Position numbers and translations under genes: made by a program | Assembly: GCA_964016885.1 (NCBI GenBank) | Contig: OZ024754.1 | Coordinates: 42,160,001-42,224,000 of the forward strand | DNA from: Eledone cirrhosa | Taxonomy: Eukaryota | DNA length: 64,000 nucleotides | Direction of reading: 5' to 3' | Notes under the pieces: model-generated | The model's input: the letters and a program-made list of their open reading frames with translations, nothing else | Databases searched by the model: none | Told to the model about the DNA's origin: nothing | Shown here: positions 12,422 to 26,183 of the stretch, one piece after another | How positions within the stretch are numbered: the stretch's first letter is position 1 | Layout of the letters: the number at the start of each line of letters is the position of its first letter

Positions 12422-15400
12422 CTGTAGTATTGATAGTCACAGGAAGTGTGTAGTATTGATAGAGGAACAGGAAGTGTGTAGTATTGGTACAGTAGAGTAA
12501 CAGGAAGTTTGTAGTTGTAGTATTGGTACAGTAACAGGAAGTGTGTAGTATTGGTACAGTAGAGTAACAGGAAGTTTGTAGTATTGGTACAGTAACAGGA
12601 AGTCTGTAGTATTGGTACAGTAACAGGAAGTCTGTAGTATTTCTACAGTAACAGGAAGTCTGTAGTATTTCTACAGTAACAGGAAGTCTGTAGTATTTCT
12701 ACAGTAACAGGAAGTCTGTAGTATTTCTACAGTAACAGGAAGTCTGTAGTATTTCTACAGTAACAGGAAGTCTGTAGTATTTCTACAGTAACAGGAAGTC
12801 TGTAGTATTTCTACAGTAACAGGAAGTCTGTAGTATTTCTACAGTAACAGGAAGTCTGTAGTATTTCTACAGTAACAGGAAGTCTGTAGTATTGATACAG
12901 TAGAGTACAGGAAGTCTGTAGTATTGATACACTACAGTAACAGGAAGTTTGTAGTATTGATACAGTAGATTAACAGGAAGTCTGTATTGATACAGTAGAG
13001 TAACAGGAAGTCTGTAGTATTGATACACTACAGTAACAGGAAGTTTGTAGTATTGATACAGTAGAGTACAGGAAGTCTGTAGTATTGATACAGTAGAGTA
13101 CAGGAAGTCTGTAGTATTGATACAGTAGAGTAACAGGAAGTCTGTAGTATTGATACAGTAGAGTAACAGGAAGTCTGTAGTATTGATACAGTAGAGTACA
13201 GGAAGTCTGTAGTATTGATACAGTAGAGTACAGGAAGTCTGTAGTATTGATACAGTAGATTAACAGGAAGTCTGTATTGATACAGTAGAGTAACAGGAAG
13301 TCTGTAGTATTGATACAGTAGAGTAACAGGAAGTCTGTAGTATTGATACAGTAGAGTACAGGAAGTCTGTAGTATTGATACAGTAGAGTAACAGGAAGTC
13401 TGTAGTATTGATACAGTAGAGTAACAGGAAGTCTGTAGTATTGATACAGTAGAGTAACAGGAAGTCTGTAGTATTGATACAGTAGAGTACAGGAAGTCTG
13501 TAGTATTGATACAGTAGAGTACAGGAAGTCTGTAGTATTGATACAGTAGAGTAACAGGAAGTTTGTAGTATTGATACAGTAGAGTAACAGGAAGTATGTA
13601 GTATTGATACAGTAGAGTAACAGGAAGTCTGTAGTATTGATACAGTAGAGTAACAGGAAGTATGTAGTATTGATACAGTAGAGTAACAGGAAGTCTGTAG
13701 TATTGATACAGTAGAGTAACAGGAAGTTTGTAGTATTGATACAGTAGAGTACAGGAAGTCTGTAGTATTGATACAGTAGAGTACAGGAAGTCTGTAGTAT
13801 TGATACAGTAGAGTAACAGGAAGTCTGTAGTATTGATACAGTAGAGTAACAGGAAGTTTGTAGTATTGATACAGTAGAGTAACAGGAAGTATGTAGTATT
13901 GATACAGTAGAGTAACAGGAAGTATGTAGTATTGATACAGTAGAGTAACAGGAAGTTTGTAGTATTGATACAGTAGATTAACAGGAAGTTTGTAGTATTG
14001 ATACACTACAGTACAGGAAGTTTGTAGTATTGATACACTACAGTACAGGAAGTTTGTAGTATTGATACAGTAGAGTACAGGAAGTCTGTAGTATTGATAC
14101 AGTAGAGTACAGGAAGTCTGTAGTATTGATACAGTAGATTAACAGGAAGTCTGTATTGATACAGTAGAGTAACAGGAAGTCTGTAGTATTGATACAGTAG
14201 AGTAACAGGAAGTTTGTAGTATTGATACAGTAGAGTAACAGGAAGTTTGTAGTATTGATACAGTAGAGTAACAGGAAGTTTGTAGTATTGATACAGTAGA
14301 GTAACAGGAAGTATGTAGTATTGATACAGCAGAGTAACAGGAAGTATGTAGTATTGATACAGTAGAGTACAGGAAGTCTGTAGTATTGATACAGTAGAGT
14401 ACAGGAAGTCTGTAGTATTGATACAGTAGAGTACAGGAAGTCTGTAGTATTGATACAGTAGAGTACAGGACGTCTGTAGTATTGATACAGTAGAGTAACA
14501 GGAAGTATGTAGTATTGATACAGTAGAGTAACAGGAAGTTTGTAGTATTGATACACTACAGTACAGGAAGTTTGTAGTATTGATACACTACAGTACAGGA
14601 AGTTTGTAGTATTGATACACTACAGTACAGGAAGTTTGTAGTATTGATACACTACAGTACAGGAAGTATGTAGTATTGATACAGTAGAGTAACAGGAAGT
14701 CTGTAGTATTGATACAGTAGAGTACAGGAAGTCTGTAGTATTGATACAGTAGAGTACAGGAAGTCTGTAGTATTGATACAGTAGAGTACAGGAAGTCTGT
14801 AGTATTGATACAGTAGAGTACAGGAAGTCTGTAGTATTGATACAGTAGAGTACAGGAAGTCTGTAGTATTGATACAGTAGAGTACAGGAAGTCTGTAGTA
14901 TTGATACAGTAGAGTACAGGAAGTCTGTAGTATTGATACAGTAGAGTACAGGAAGTCTGTAGTATTGATACAGTAGAGTACAGGAAGTCTGTAGTATTGA
15001 TACAGTAGAGTACAGGAAGTCTGTAGTATTGATACAGTAGAGTACAGGAAGTCTGTAGTATTGATACAGTAGAGTACAGGAAGTCTGTAGTATTGATACA
15101 GTAGAGTACAGGACGTCTGTAGTATTGATACAGTAGAGTAACAGGAAGTCTGTAGTATTGATACAGTAGATTAACAGGAAGTCTGTAGTATTGATACAGT
15201 AGAGTACAGGAAGTCTGTAGTATTGATACAGTAGAGTACAGGAAGTCTGTAGTATTGATACAGTAGAGTACAGGAAGTCTGTAGTATTGATACAGTAGAG
15301 TAACAGGAAGTCTGTAGTATTGATACAGTAGAGTACAGGAAGTCTGTAGTATTGATACAGTAGAGTAACAGGAAGTCTGTAGTATTGATACAGTAGAGTA

Positions 15401-18400
15401 CAGGAAGTCTGTAGTATTGATACAGTAGAGTACAGGACGTCTGTAGTATTGATACAGTAGAGTACAGGACGTCTGTAGTATTGATACAGTAGAGTACAGG
15501 AAGTCTGTAGTATTGATACAGTAGAGTAACAGGAAGTCTGTAGTATTGATACAGTAGATTAACAGGAAGTCTGTAGTATTGATACAGTAGAGTACAGGAA
15601 GTCTGTAGTATTGATACAGTAGAGTAACAGGAAGTCTGTAGTATTGATACAGTAGAGTACAGGAAGTCTGTAGTATTGATACAGTAGAGTACAGGAAGTC
15701 TGTAGTATTGATACAGTAGAGTACAGGAAGTCTGTAGTATTGATACAGTAGAGTACAGGAAGTCTGTAGTATTGATACAGTAGAGTACAGGAAGTCTGTA
15801 GTATTGATACAGTAGAGTACAGGACGTCTGTAGTATTGATACAGTAGAGTAACAGGAAGTCTGTAGTATTGATACAGTAGATTAACAGGAAGTCTGTAGT
15901 ATTGATACAGTAGAGTACAGGAAGTCTGTAGTATTGATACAGTAGAGTACAGGAAGTCTGTAGTATTGATACAGTAGAGTACAGGAAGTCTGTAGTATTG
16001 ATACAGTAGAGTACAGGACGTCTGTAGTATTGATACAGTAGAGTAACAGGAAGTCTGTAGTATTGATACAGTAGAGTACAGGACGTCTGTAGTATTGATA
16101 CAGTAGAGTACAGGACGTCTGTAGTATTGATACAGTAGATTAACAGGAAGTCTGTAGTATTGATACAGTAGAGTACAGGAAGTCTGTAGTATTGATACAG
16201 TAGAGTACAGGACGTCTGTAGTATTGATACAGTAGAGTAACAGGAAGTCTGTAGTATTGATACAGTAGAGTACAGGACGTCTGTAGTATTGATACAGTAG
16301 AGTAACAGGAAGTCTGTAGTATTGATACAGTAGAGTACAGGAAGTCTGTAGTATTGATACAGTAGAGTACAGGAAGTCTGTAGTATTGATACAGTAGAGT
16401 ACAGGACGTCTGTAGTATTGATACAGTAGAGTACAGGACGTCTGTAGTATTGATACAGTAGAGTACAGGAAGTCTGTAGTATTGATACAGTAGAGTACAG
16501 GACGTCTGTAGTATTGATACAGTAGAGTAACAGGAAGTCTGTAGTATTGATACAGTAGAGTACAGGACGTCTGTAGTATTGATACAGTAGAGTAACAGGA
16601 AGTCTGTAGTATTGATACAGTAGAGTACAGGACGTCTGTAGTATTGATACAGTAGAGTAACAGGAAGTCTGTAGTATTGATACAGTAGAGTACAGGAAGT
16701 CTGTAGTATTGATACAGTAGAGTACAGGACGTCTGTAGTATTGATACAGTAGAGTAACAGGAAGTCTGTAGTATTGATACAGTAGAGTACAGGACGTCTG
16801 TAGTATTGATACAGTAGAGTAACAGGAAGTCTGTAGTATTGATACAGTAGAGTACAGGAAGTCTGTAGTATTGATACAGTAGAGTAACAGGAAGTCTGTA
16901 GTATTGATACAGTAGAGTACAGGAAGTCTGTAGTATTGATACAGTAGAGTAACAGGAAGTCTGTAGTATTGATACAGTAGAGTACAGGAAGTCTGTAGTA
17001 TTGATACAGTAGAGTACAGGACGTCTGTAGTATTGATACAGTAGAGTACAGGACGTCTGTAGTATTGATACAGTAGAGTACAGGAAGTCTGTAGTATTGA
17101 TACAGTAGATTAACAGGAAGTTTGTAGTATTGATACAGTAGAGTACAGGAAGTCTGTAGTATTGATACAGTAGAGTACAGGACGTCTGTAGTATTGATAC
17201 AGTAGAGTACAGGAAGTCTGTAGTATTGATACAGTAGAGTACAGGACGTCTGTAGTATTGATACAGTAGAGTACAGGACGTCTGTAGTATTGATACAGTA
17301 GAGTACAGGACGTCTGTAGTATTGATACAGTAGAGTACAGGAAGTCTGTAGTATTGATACAGTAGAGTACAGGACGTCTGTAGTATTGATACAGTAGAGT
17401 ACAGGACGTCTGTAGTATTGATACAGTAGAGTACAGGACGTCTGTAGTATTGATACAGTAGAGTACAGGACGTCTGTAGTATTGATACAGTAGAGTACAG
17501 GAAGTCTGTAGTATTGATACAGTAGAGTACAGGACGTCTGTAGTATTGATACAGTAGAGTACAGGACGTCTGTAGTATTGATACAGTAGAGTACAGGAAG
17601 TCTGTAGTATTGATACAGTAGAGTACAGGACGTCTGTAGTATTGATACAGTAGAGTACAGGACGTCTGTAGTATTGATACAGTAGAGTACAGGAAGTCTG
17701 TAGTATTGATACAGTAGAGTAACAGGAAGTCTGTAGTATTGATACAGTAGAGTACAGGAAGTCTGTAGTATTGATACAGTAGAGTACAGGACGTCTGTAG
17801 TATTGATACAGTAGAGTACAGGACGTCTGTAGTATTGATACAGTAGAGTACAGGAAGTCTGTAGTATTGATACAGTAGAGTACAGGACGTCTGTAGTATT
17901 GATACAGTAGAGTACAGGACGTCTGTAGTATTGATACAGTAGAGTACAGGAAGTCTGTAGTATTGATACAGTAGAGTAACAGGAAGTCTGTAGTATTGAT
18001 ACAGTAGAGTACAGGACGTCTGTAGTATTGATACAGTAGAGTACAGGAAGTCTGTAGTATTGATACAGTAGAGTAACAGGAAGTCTGTAGTATTGATACA
18101 GTAGAGTAACAGGAAGTCTGTAGTATTGATACAGTAGAGTACAGGACGTCTGTAGTATTGATACAGTAGAGTACAGGACGTCTGTAGTATTGATACAGTA
18201 GAGTAACAGGAAGTCTGTAGTATTGATACAGTAGAGTACAGGACGTCTGTAGTATTGATACAGTAGAGTAACAGGAAGTCTGTAGTATTGATACAGTAGA
18301 GTAACAGGAAGTCTGTAGTATTGATACAGTAGAGTACAGGACGTCTGTAGTATTGATACAGTAGAGTACAGGACGTCTGTAGTATTGATACAGTAGAGTA

Positions 18401-19579
18401 ACAGGAAGTCTGTAGTATTGATACAGTAGAGTACAGGACGTCTGTAGTATTGATACAGTAGAGTAACAGGAAGTCTGTAGTATTGATACAGTAGAGTAAC
18501 AGGAAGTCTGTAGTATTGATACAGTAGAGTACAGGACGTCTGTAGTATTGATACAGTAGAGTAACAGGAAGTCTGTAGTATTGATACAGTAGAGTACAGG
18601 ACGTCTGTAGTATTGATACAGTAGAGTACAGGACGTCTGTAGTATTGATACAGTAGAGTAACAGGAAGTCTGTAGTATTGATACAGTAGAGTACAGGACG
18701 TCTGTAGTATTGATACAGTAGAGTAACAGGAAGTCTGTAGTATTGATACAGTAGAGTACAGGACGTCTGTAGTATTGATACAGTAGAGTAACAGGAAGTC
18801 TGTAGTATTGATACAGTAGAGTAACAGGAAGTCTGTAGTATTGATACAGTAGAGTACAGGACGTCTGTAGTATTGATACAGTAGAGTACAGGACGTCTGT
18901 AGTATTGATACAGTAGAGTAACAGGAAGTCTGTAGTATTGATACAGTAGAGTACAGGACGTCTGTAGTATTGATACAGTAGAGTAACAGGAAGTCTGTAG
19001 TATTGATACAGTAGAGTACAGGAAGTCTGTAGTATTGATACAGTAGAGTAACAGGAAGTCTGTAGTATTGATACAGTAGAGTACAGGAAGTCTGTAGTAT
19101 TGATACAGTAGAGTAACAGGAAGTCTGTAGTATTGATACAGTAGAGTACAGGAAGTCTGTAGTATTGATACAGTAGAGTACAGGACGTCTGTAGTATTGA
19201 TACAGTAGAGTACAGGACGTCTGTAGTATTGATACAGTAGAGTACAGGAAGTCTGTAGTATTGATACAGTAGATTAACAGGAAGTTTGTAGTATTGATAC
19301 AGTAGAGTACAGGAAGTCTGTAGTATTGATACAGTAGAGTAACAGGAAGTCTGTAGTATTGATACAGTAGAGTACAGGAAGTCTGTAGTATTGATACAGT
19401 AGAGTACAGGAAGTCTGTAGTATTGATACAGTAGAGTACAGGACGTCTGTAGTATTGATACAGTAGAGTACAGGACGTCTGTAGTATTGATACAGTAGAG
19501 TACAGGACGTCTGTAGTATTGATACAGTAGAGTACAGGACGTCTGTAGTATTGATACAGTAGAGTACAGGAAGTCTGTA
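12422..19579. repeat. 7.1-kb satellite of 32/33-bp units (about 220 copies) with a 28-bp sub-array at the left end
   Basis: Unit cagga(a/c)gtctgtagtattgatacagtagagta(a). The 28-bp variant aacaggaagtctgtagtatttctacagt occupies about 12620-12890. Confidence 0.98.
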
Positions 19580-19737
19580 CAACACTCAGACAGATGTGTG
19601 ATGTGATGTTGTATGACTGTCAGACATGGACATAACTGTTTTATGACTATATATATATGTCTGTATGGTATGGTCCTGTAACTCTTGGAGTCATAGTGGT
19701 GTCATATAGACATACAGGGGTTCTTTGGCATTTTAAG

Positions 19738-21438
19738 CCTGGCAGAGCCCGTCCCTCTCCTGGCAGAGCCCTTACCTCTCCTGGCAGAGCCCTTACCTCT
19801 CCTGGCAGAGCCCTTACCTCTCCTGGCAGAGCCCTTACCTCTCCTGGCAGAGCCCTTACCTCTCCTGGCAGAGCCCTTACCTCTCCTGGCAGAGCCCTTA
19901 CCTCTCCTGGCAGAGCCCTTACCTCTCCTGGCAGAGCCCTTACCTCTCCTGGCAGAGCCCTTACCTCTCCTGGCAGAGCCCTTACCTCTCCTGGCAGAGC
20001 CCTTACCTCTCCTGGCAGAGCCCTTACCTCTCCTGGCAGAGCCCTTACCTCTCCTGGCAGAGCCCTTACCTCTCCTGGCAGAGCCCTTACCTCTCCTGGC
20101 AGAGCCCTTACCTCTCCTGGCAGAGCCCTTACCTCTCCTGGCAGAGCCCTTACCTCTCCTGGCAGAGCCCTTACCTCTCCTGGCAGAGCCCTTACCTCTC
20201 CTGGCAGAGCCCTTACCTCTCCTGGCAGAGCCCTTACCTCTCCTGGCAGAGCCCTTACCTCTCCTGGCAGAGCCCTTACCTCTCCTGGCAGAGCCCTTAC
20301 CTCTCCTGGCATAGCCCTTACCTCTCCTGGCATAGCCCTTACCTCTCCTGGCAGAGCCCTTACCTCTCCTGGCAGAGCCCTTACCTCTCCTGGCAGAGCC
20401 CTTACCTCTCCTGGCAGAGCCCTTACCTCTCCTGGCAGAGCCCTTACCTCTCCTGGCAGAGCCCTTACCTCTCCTGGCAGAGCCCTTACCTCTCCTGGCA
20501 GAGCCCTTACCTCTCCTGGCAGAGCCCTTACCTCTCCTGGCAGAGCCCTTACCTCTCCTGGCAGAGCCCTTACCTCTCCTGGCAGAGCCCTTACCTCTCC
20601 TGGCAGAGCCCTTACCTCTCCTGGCAGAGCCCTTACCTCTCCTGGCAGAGCCCTTACCTCTCCTGGCAGAGCCCTTACCTCTCCTGGCAGAGCCCTTACC
20701 TCTCCTGGCAGAGCCCTTACCTCTCCTGGCAGAGCCCTTACCTCTCCTGGCAGAGCCCTTACCTCTCCTGGCAGAGCCCTTACCTCTCCTGGCAGAGCCC
20801 TTACCTCTCCTGGCAGAGCCCTTACCTCTCCTGGCAGAGCCCTTACCTCTCCTGGCAGAGCCCTTACCTCTCCTGGCAGAGCCCTTACCTCTCCTGGCAG
20901 AGCCCTTACCTCTCCTGGCAGAGCCCTTACCTCTCCTGGCAGAGCCCTTACCTCTCCTGGCAGAGCCCTTACCTCTCCTGGCAGAGCCCTTACCTCTCCT
21001 GGCAGAGCCCTTACCTCTCCTGGCAGAGCCCTTACCTCTCCTGGCAGAGCCCTTACCTCTCCTGGCAGAGCCCTTACCTCTCCTGGCAGAGCCCTTACCT
21101 CTCCTGGCAGAGCCCTTACCTCTCCTGGCAGAGCCCTTACCTCTCCTGGCAGAGCCCTTACCTCTCCTGGCAGAGCCCTTACCTCTCCTGGCAGAGCCCT
21201 TACCTCTCCTGGCAGAGCCCTTACCTCTCCTGGCAGAGCCCTTACCTCTCCTGGCAGAGCCCTTACCTCTCCTGGCAGAGCCCTTACCTCTCCTGGCAGA
21301 GCCCTTACCTCTCCTGGCAGAGCCCTTACCTCTCCTGGCAGAGCCCTTACCTCTCCTGGCAGAGCCCTTACCTCTCCTGGCAGAGCCCTTACCTCTCCTG
21401 GCAGAGCCCTTACCTCTCCTGGCAGAGCCCTTACCTCT
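19738..21438. repeat. 21-bp minisatellite, about 81 near-perfect copies
   Basis: Unit cctggcagagcccttacctct. Two adjacent G>T variant units near 20310-20335. Confidence 0.98.
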
Positions 21439-21490
21439 TGGTTTGAGTACAGCATATATCCAGAGAATGATAGAAAGTGAGAAAGAGGAA

Positions 21491-21638
21491 TATATATATA
21501 TACAATGTTTACAATATATATATATATATATATATACAATGTTTACAATATATATATATATATACAATGTTTACAATATATATATATATATATATATATA
21601 CAATGTTTACAATATATATATATATATATACAATGTTT

Positions 21639-21711
<73 letters not shown>

Positions 21712-22261
21712 TTTACAATATATATATATACAATGTTTACAATATATATATATATACAATGTTTACAATATATATATATACAATGTTTACAATATATATA
21801 TATATACAATGTTTACAATATATATATATATACAATGTTTACAATATATATATATATACAATGTTTACAATATATATATATATACAATGTTTACAATATA
21901 TATATATATACAATGTTTACAATATATATATATATACAATGTTTACAATATATATATATATACAATGTTTACAATATATATATATACAATGTTTACAATA
22001 TATATATATATACAATGTTTACAATATATATATATATACAATGTTTACAATATATATATATACAATGTTTACAATATATATATATATACAATGTTTACAA
22101 TATATATATATATACAATGTTTACAATATATATATACAATGTTTACAATATATATATATATACAATGTTTACAATATATATATATATACAATGTTTACAA
22201 TATATATATATATACAATGTTTACAATATATATATATACAATGTTTACAATATATATATAT
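21491..22261. repeat. Compound array [CAATGTTTACAA(TA)n], about 30 units
   Basis: A fixed 12-mer separated by variable-length TA runs. Confidence 0.95.
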
Positions 22262-24126
22262 GTCCATATTTATGATGTTTATGCGTACATACATGTAGTT
22301 CATAAATATGTACATTGATAATTTACAAAAGATGTCATTAACCATTGCATTACCATATTTCTAATGAAAGACACTCTGATTTTCAAATAAAATGATTCTT
22401 ATTTGAATTAAAATCTTCCAACATAAATTTGATACTAGAATCTTTTCTTGTGTTACAAGTATTTTATTAGTGAAATAATTATAAATTCTTCCAAGTTCTT
22501 TATTAATTCTATTACAATGTTACTGTTATATTTGGGGACAGACATGTTGCTAATATTGCCAACAAAAATATACACGCTTTGATTTTCACTTCAGCTTTAT
22601 TATTAGTTATTAGTTTGTCAGAGTTCTTTTGTCATACATTGTGACCACCTCAATGATTATTTGTTTCCCTCTGTGCCTTCATTTTTTAAATTATATTTCT
22701 AATGAAAGACACAGACTACAATATTCAATTGATTTTGAAAATAATCAAACATTTTTAATGATTTAGTATTATAACTAACTTTCTCATTATTAAATTAACA
22801 AAATGTTCTTACATAAACTTATGATGGAAGCTTTAAATATAAATATAAACATTTTAAGACAAATAGTTTTGTATCTTTGGGAACAGCTTCCTGTAGTTTG
22901 GTATCAAAAGGGTTAATGACTATTCATTTTAACCACACATTTGTGGATAAGTATTGCACATTTGATCCTGATTTTCTATGGCGGCCATGACTCTCAGGAA
23001 AAACAAAGCAACAGGAATGAAATGTTAGATACTCAACTGTGCATTAATTTTCTCTTTGAACTCGTTGCTTAGGATTAGTTTTAACTTTGATACTTGGCTT
23101 GTGAGAGATTCAATCAACTATGTCTAGCTTTCTACTTACCAGACTAGCTCTCTCTACCTATCCCCTCTATCTCTCCTCTCTCTCATATCTATCTCCCCCC
23201 CTCTCCTCTCTCTCTATTTCATCTCCCTCTCTGTCTCTCCTATCCCCCCCCCCTTTCTCTACGTGTGTATGGTTATGTAAAGTCACAATAATTGTTTCAT
23301 CTTTACAGAGAGGTTCTATTCTGTTGCTCTCATTAGAATACACTTCCCTCTTTCCAATCTCAGACTGAAATATTTCTCCATGCTCCTCTCTCTATCTCTC
23401 TCTAGCTCTCACCTCTCTCTCCTATCTCTCTCTAACTCTGCTCCTCCTCCCCCTCTCTCTAACTCTCTCCTCCTCCCCCTCTCTCTAACTCTCTCCTCCT
23501 CTCTCTCTCTCTCTCTCCTCTCTCTCTATCTCTCTCTAACTCTCTCTCTATCTCTCTCTCCTCCTCTCTCTCTATCTCTCTAACTCTCTCCTCTTTCAAT
23601 CTCTCTCTAACTCTGCTCCTCCTTCCCCTCTCTCTAGCTCTCTCCTCTCCTCCCTTCTCTCCTCCTCCTCCTCCATATATATTTGATCATTTCAGCTGTA
23701 GTTTTCTATGAATAATGAATGTTTTGTTTTGTATTGTTTTAAGACAAATATTTAAAAACGGAAAAGGGAGGGAAAGGCAAGGAGGGCTGACGGGGTCACA
23801 AAAGAATGGGAGGAGGCGGGTGGGGGAGGGGTCTATGCCTAGGGTGTGGTGGTGGTGATGGGGTTGTGACCTGCGGATAAGACTGCAGAGACATTTCCGT
23901 GGACAATGGCAAGAGACACCTGCTGCATAAGTCACCCCCCCCCCCCAACCTCACAGGGCCCCTTCCTCAGACAGGCTGCTGACATTCTGATCTTGCGGAG
24001 AAGCTCAGTAGTATGGGGTTTCAATAGACCCCCCCCCCCATGACGACCGGTGTGAAGAGGAAGTGGCCAGGACAATGCCCCACCCCTCCCTCTGTATTTG
24101 TTTGAGTTCCTTTCTCCTGCATTCAG

Positions 24127-24165
24127 GGCCGCTGTACCGGGGTTTGTGGTCGCAGTGACTAACTT
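24127..24165 (+). CDS. Candidate 39-nt cassette exon upstream of the first EVH1 exon (xAAVPGFVVAVTNF)
   Basis: ttcctttctcctgcattcAG|...CTT|GTAAGT. Phase 2-2, stop-free and in frame with the 31506 exon. No homology support. Confidence 0.2.
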
Positions 24166-24174
24166 GTAAGTGGA

Positions 24175-24510
24175 GAACATGTCACAACGGGGTGTTACAT
24201 GTGGCGCCACAGTATGTTGCGTCACATGTGGCGCCTCATCATGTTACATCACATGTGGGGTCACGGTATGTTAAATCACATGTGGGGGTCACAGCAGCAT
24301 GTTGCATGCATCACATCATGTGGGGCCGCAGCAACATGTCACATCACATGTGGGGCTGCCGCATCAAGCTACACCACATGTGGGGGGGGGGGCAGCAGCA
24401 TGCTACGCCACATGTGGGGCCCACGGCATGTTACGTCACATGCGGCGCCACTGCATGTTACAACACGTGGGGGTCGTCTGTGGCGTTACATGTGGCATCC
24501 CACATGAGGG
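24175..24510. repeat. Degenerate GC-rich repeat built on CACATGTGGGG
   Basis: Repeated catgttacatcacatgtgggg-like units inside a GC-rich patch spanning about 23780-24630. Confidence 0.7.
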
Positions 24511-24749
24511 TTCTACTTGTTTGTTGTTTGATGAGGATGACAGGGGCTGCTGTCCACTTATTCCTATTCCAGAGGGGTCTTATATGTCCCCCGGTAGCTG
24601 CTATCCACTTTTCCCCACCCAGGGGCTTATATGTCTAACTAATTAGACTATTTTCCAGTGTGAACCAACCATGTGTTGAAATAAAAACATGCGTAATTTT
24701 TAGTAAGCTTCAATTTCAAAATAGTAACTCATTGAATGCTTCTAAAAAT

Positions 24750-24850
<101 letters not shown>

Positions 24851-25730
24851 ACATTCTCTCGCTCTCCATCTCTCCCCTCTCCCCTCTCTCTCTATCTCTC
24901 CCCTCTCCCTCTCCCCTCTCTCTCTATCTCTCTATCTCTCTCTCTCTTCTCTCTCTCTCTTCTCTCTCCCACTCTCAATCTCTCGCTCCATCTCTCTTCT
25001 CTCTCCCACTCTCCCTCTCTCTTCTCTCTCCCACTCTCCCTCTCTCCATCTCTCTTCTCTCTCCCCTCTCCGTCTCTCTCCCACTCTCTCTCAGTAGTCT
25101 GTGGAGGAAGCTTGATTTATTACAATCTCTCAACCATGACAGCAGAGCTATGACTTAAATGTTAAACCTGTAACATTTCTGATAACCTACAAAAACCTGC
25201 CATTATGCACTTGACTACCTCTTGTTTTCATTATTAAAAATAATTTTAATCACTTGTTTTCTTGATGATAATATTATTAATGATGATGATGGTGATGGTG
25301 ATAATGGTAATAATCATAATTGTAATTGTAATTGTTTCTGCTTTTGGCACAAGGCCAGCAATTAACCCCAGTGCATTACTGGTACTTTATTTTATCGACC
25401 CCCCATAAGGATGAAAGGCAAAGGTAGAACGTAAAGAGTCGTAACTCTGCTGCAAAGCATGGTGTCTGACGCTCTACCGATTACTCCCAATCCACCGCCC
25501 GTAATAATTATAATAATGATGATGATAATATTAATGATAATAATAATTGTTTCTACTTTAGGCACAAGGCCTGCAATTACCCCAGTGCATTACTGGTACT
25601 TTATTTTATCGACCCCCGTAAGGGTGAAAGGCAAAGTTAACCTCGGTGGGATTTGAACTCAGAATGGCAAGGGCCGTAACTCTATGCGTCAAAGCATGGT
25701 GTCCGATACTGCCAATCCACTATTGATGAA

Positions 25731-26183
25731 ATGATGATGATGATGGTAGTGGTGAAGGTGGTGGTGTTGATGGTAGTGGTGTTGATGATGGTAGTGGTGG
25801 TGGTGTTGATGATGGTAGTGGTGGTGATGATGATGGTAGTGGTGTTGATGATGATGGTAGTGGTGGTGATGATGATGGTAGTGGTGGTGTTGATGATGGT
25901 AGTGGTGGTGATGATGATGGTAGTGATGGTAGTGGTGTTGATGATGATGGTAGTGGTGTTGATGATGATGGTAGTGGTGTTGATGATGGTAGTGGTGGTC
26001 ATGATGGTGGTGATGGTAGTGGTGTTGATGATGATGGTAGTGGTGGTGATGATGGTGGTGGTGATGATAATGGTGGTGATGGTGGTGGTGGTGATGATAA
26101 TGATGGTGGATGATGATGGTGGTGGTGATGGTGGATGATGGTGGTGGTGGTGATGATGATGATGGTGGTGGTGGTGGTGGTGA
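25731..26183. repeat. (GAT/GGT)n trinucleotide array
   Basis: Low complexity. Source of the poly-V/M/H/T ORFs. Confidence 0.9.

Noticed and set aside
19647-21567. Three ORFs of over 600 aa (EVRALPG, SPGRALT and RRGKGSA repeats)
   Set aside because: They are translations of a stop-free 21-bp repeat on both strands, with no synonymous variation or unique domain.
12422-22261. CRISPR-like appearance of the regular arrays
   Set aside because: There are no unique spacers and no cas genes, and the context is a eukaryotic intron.
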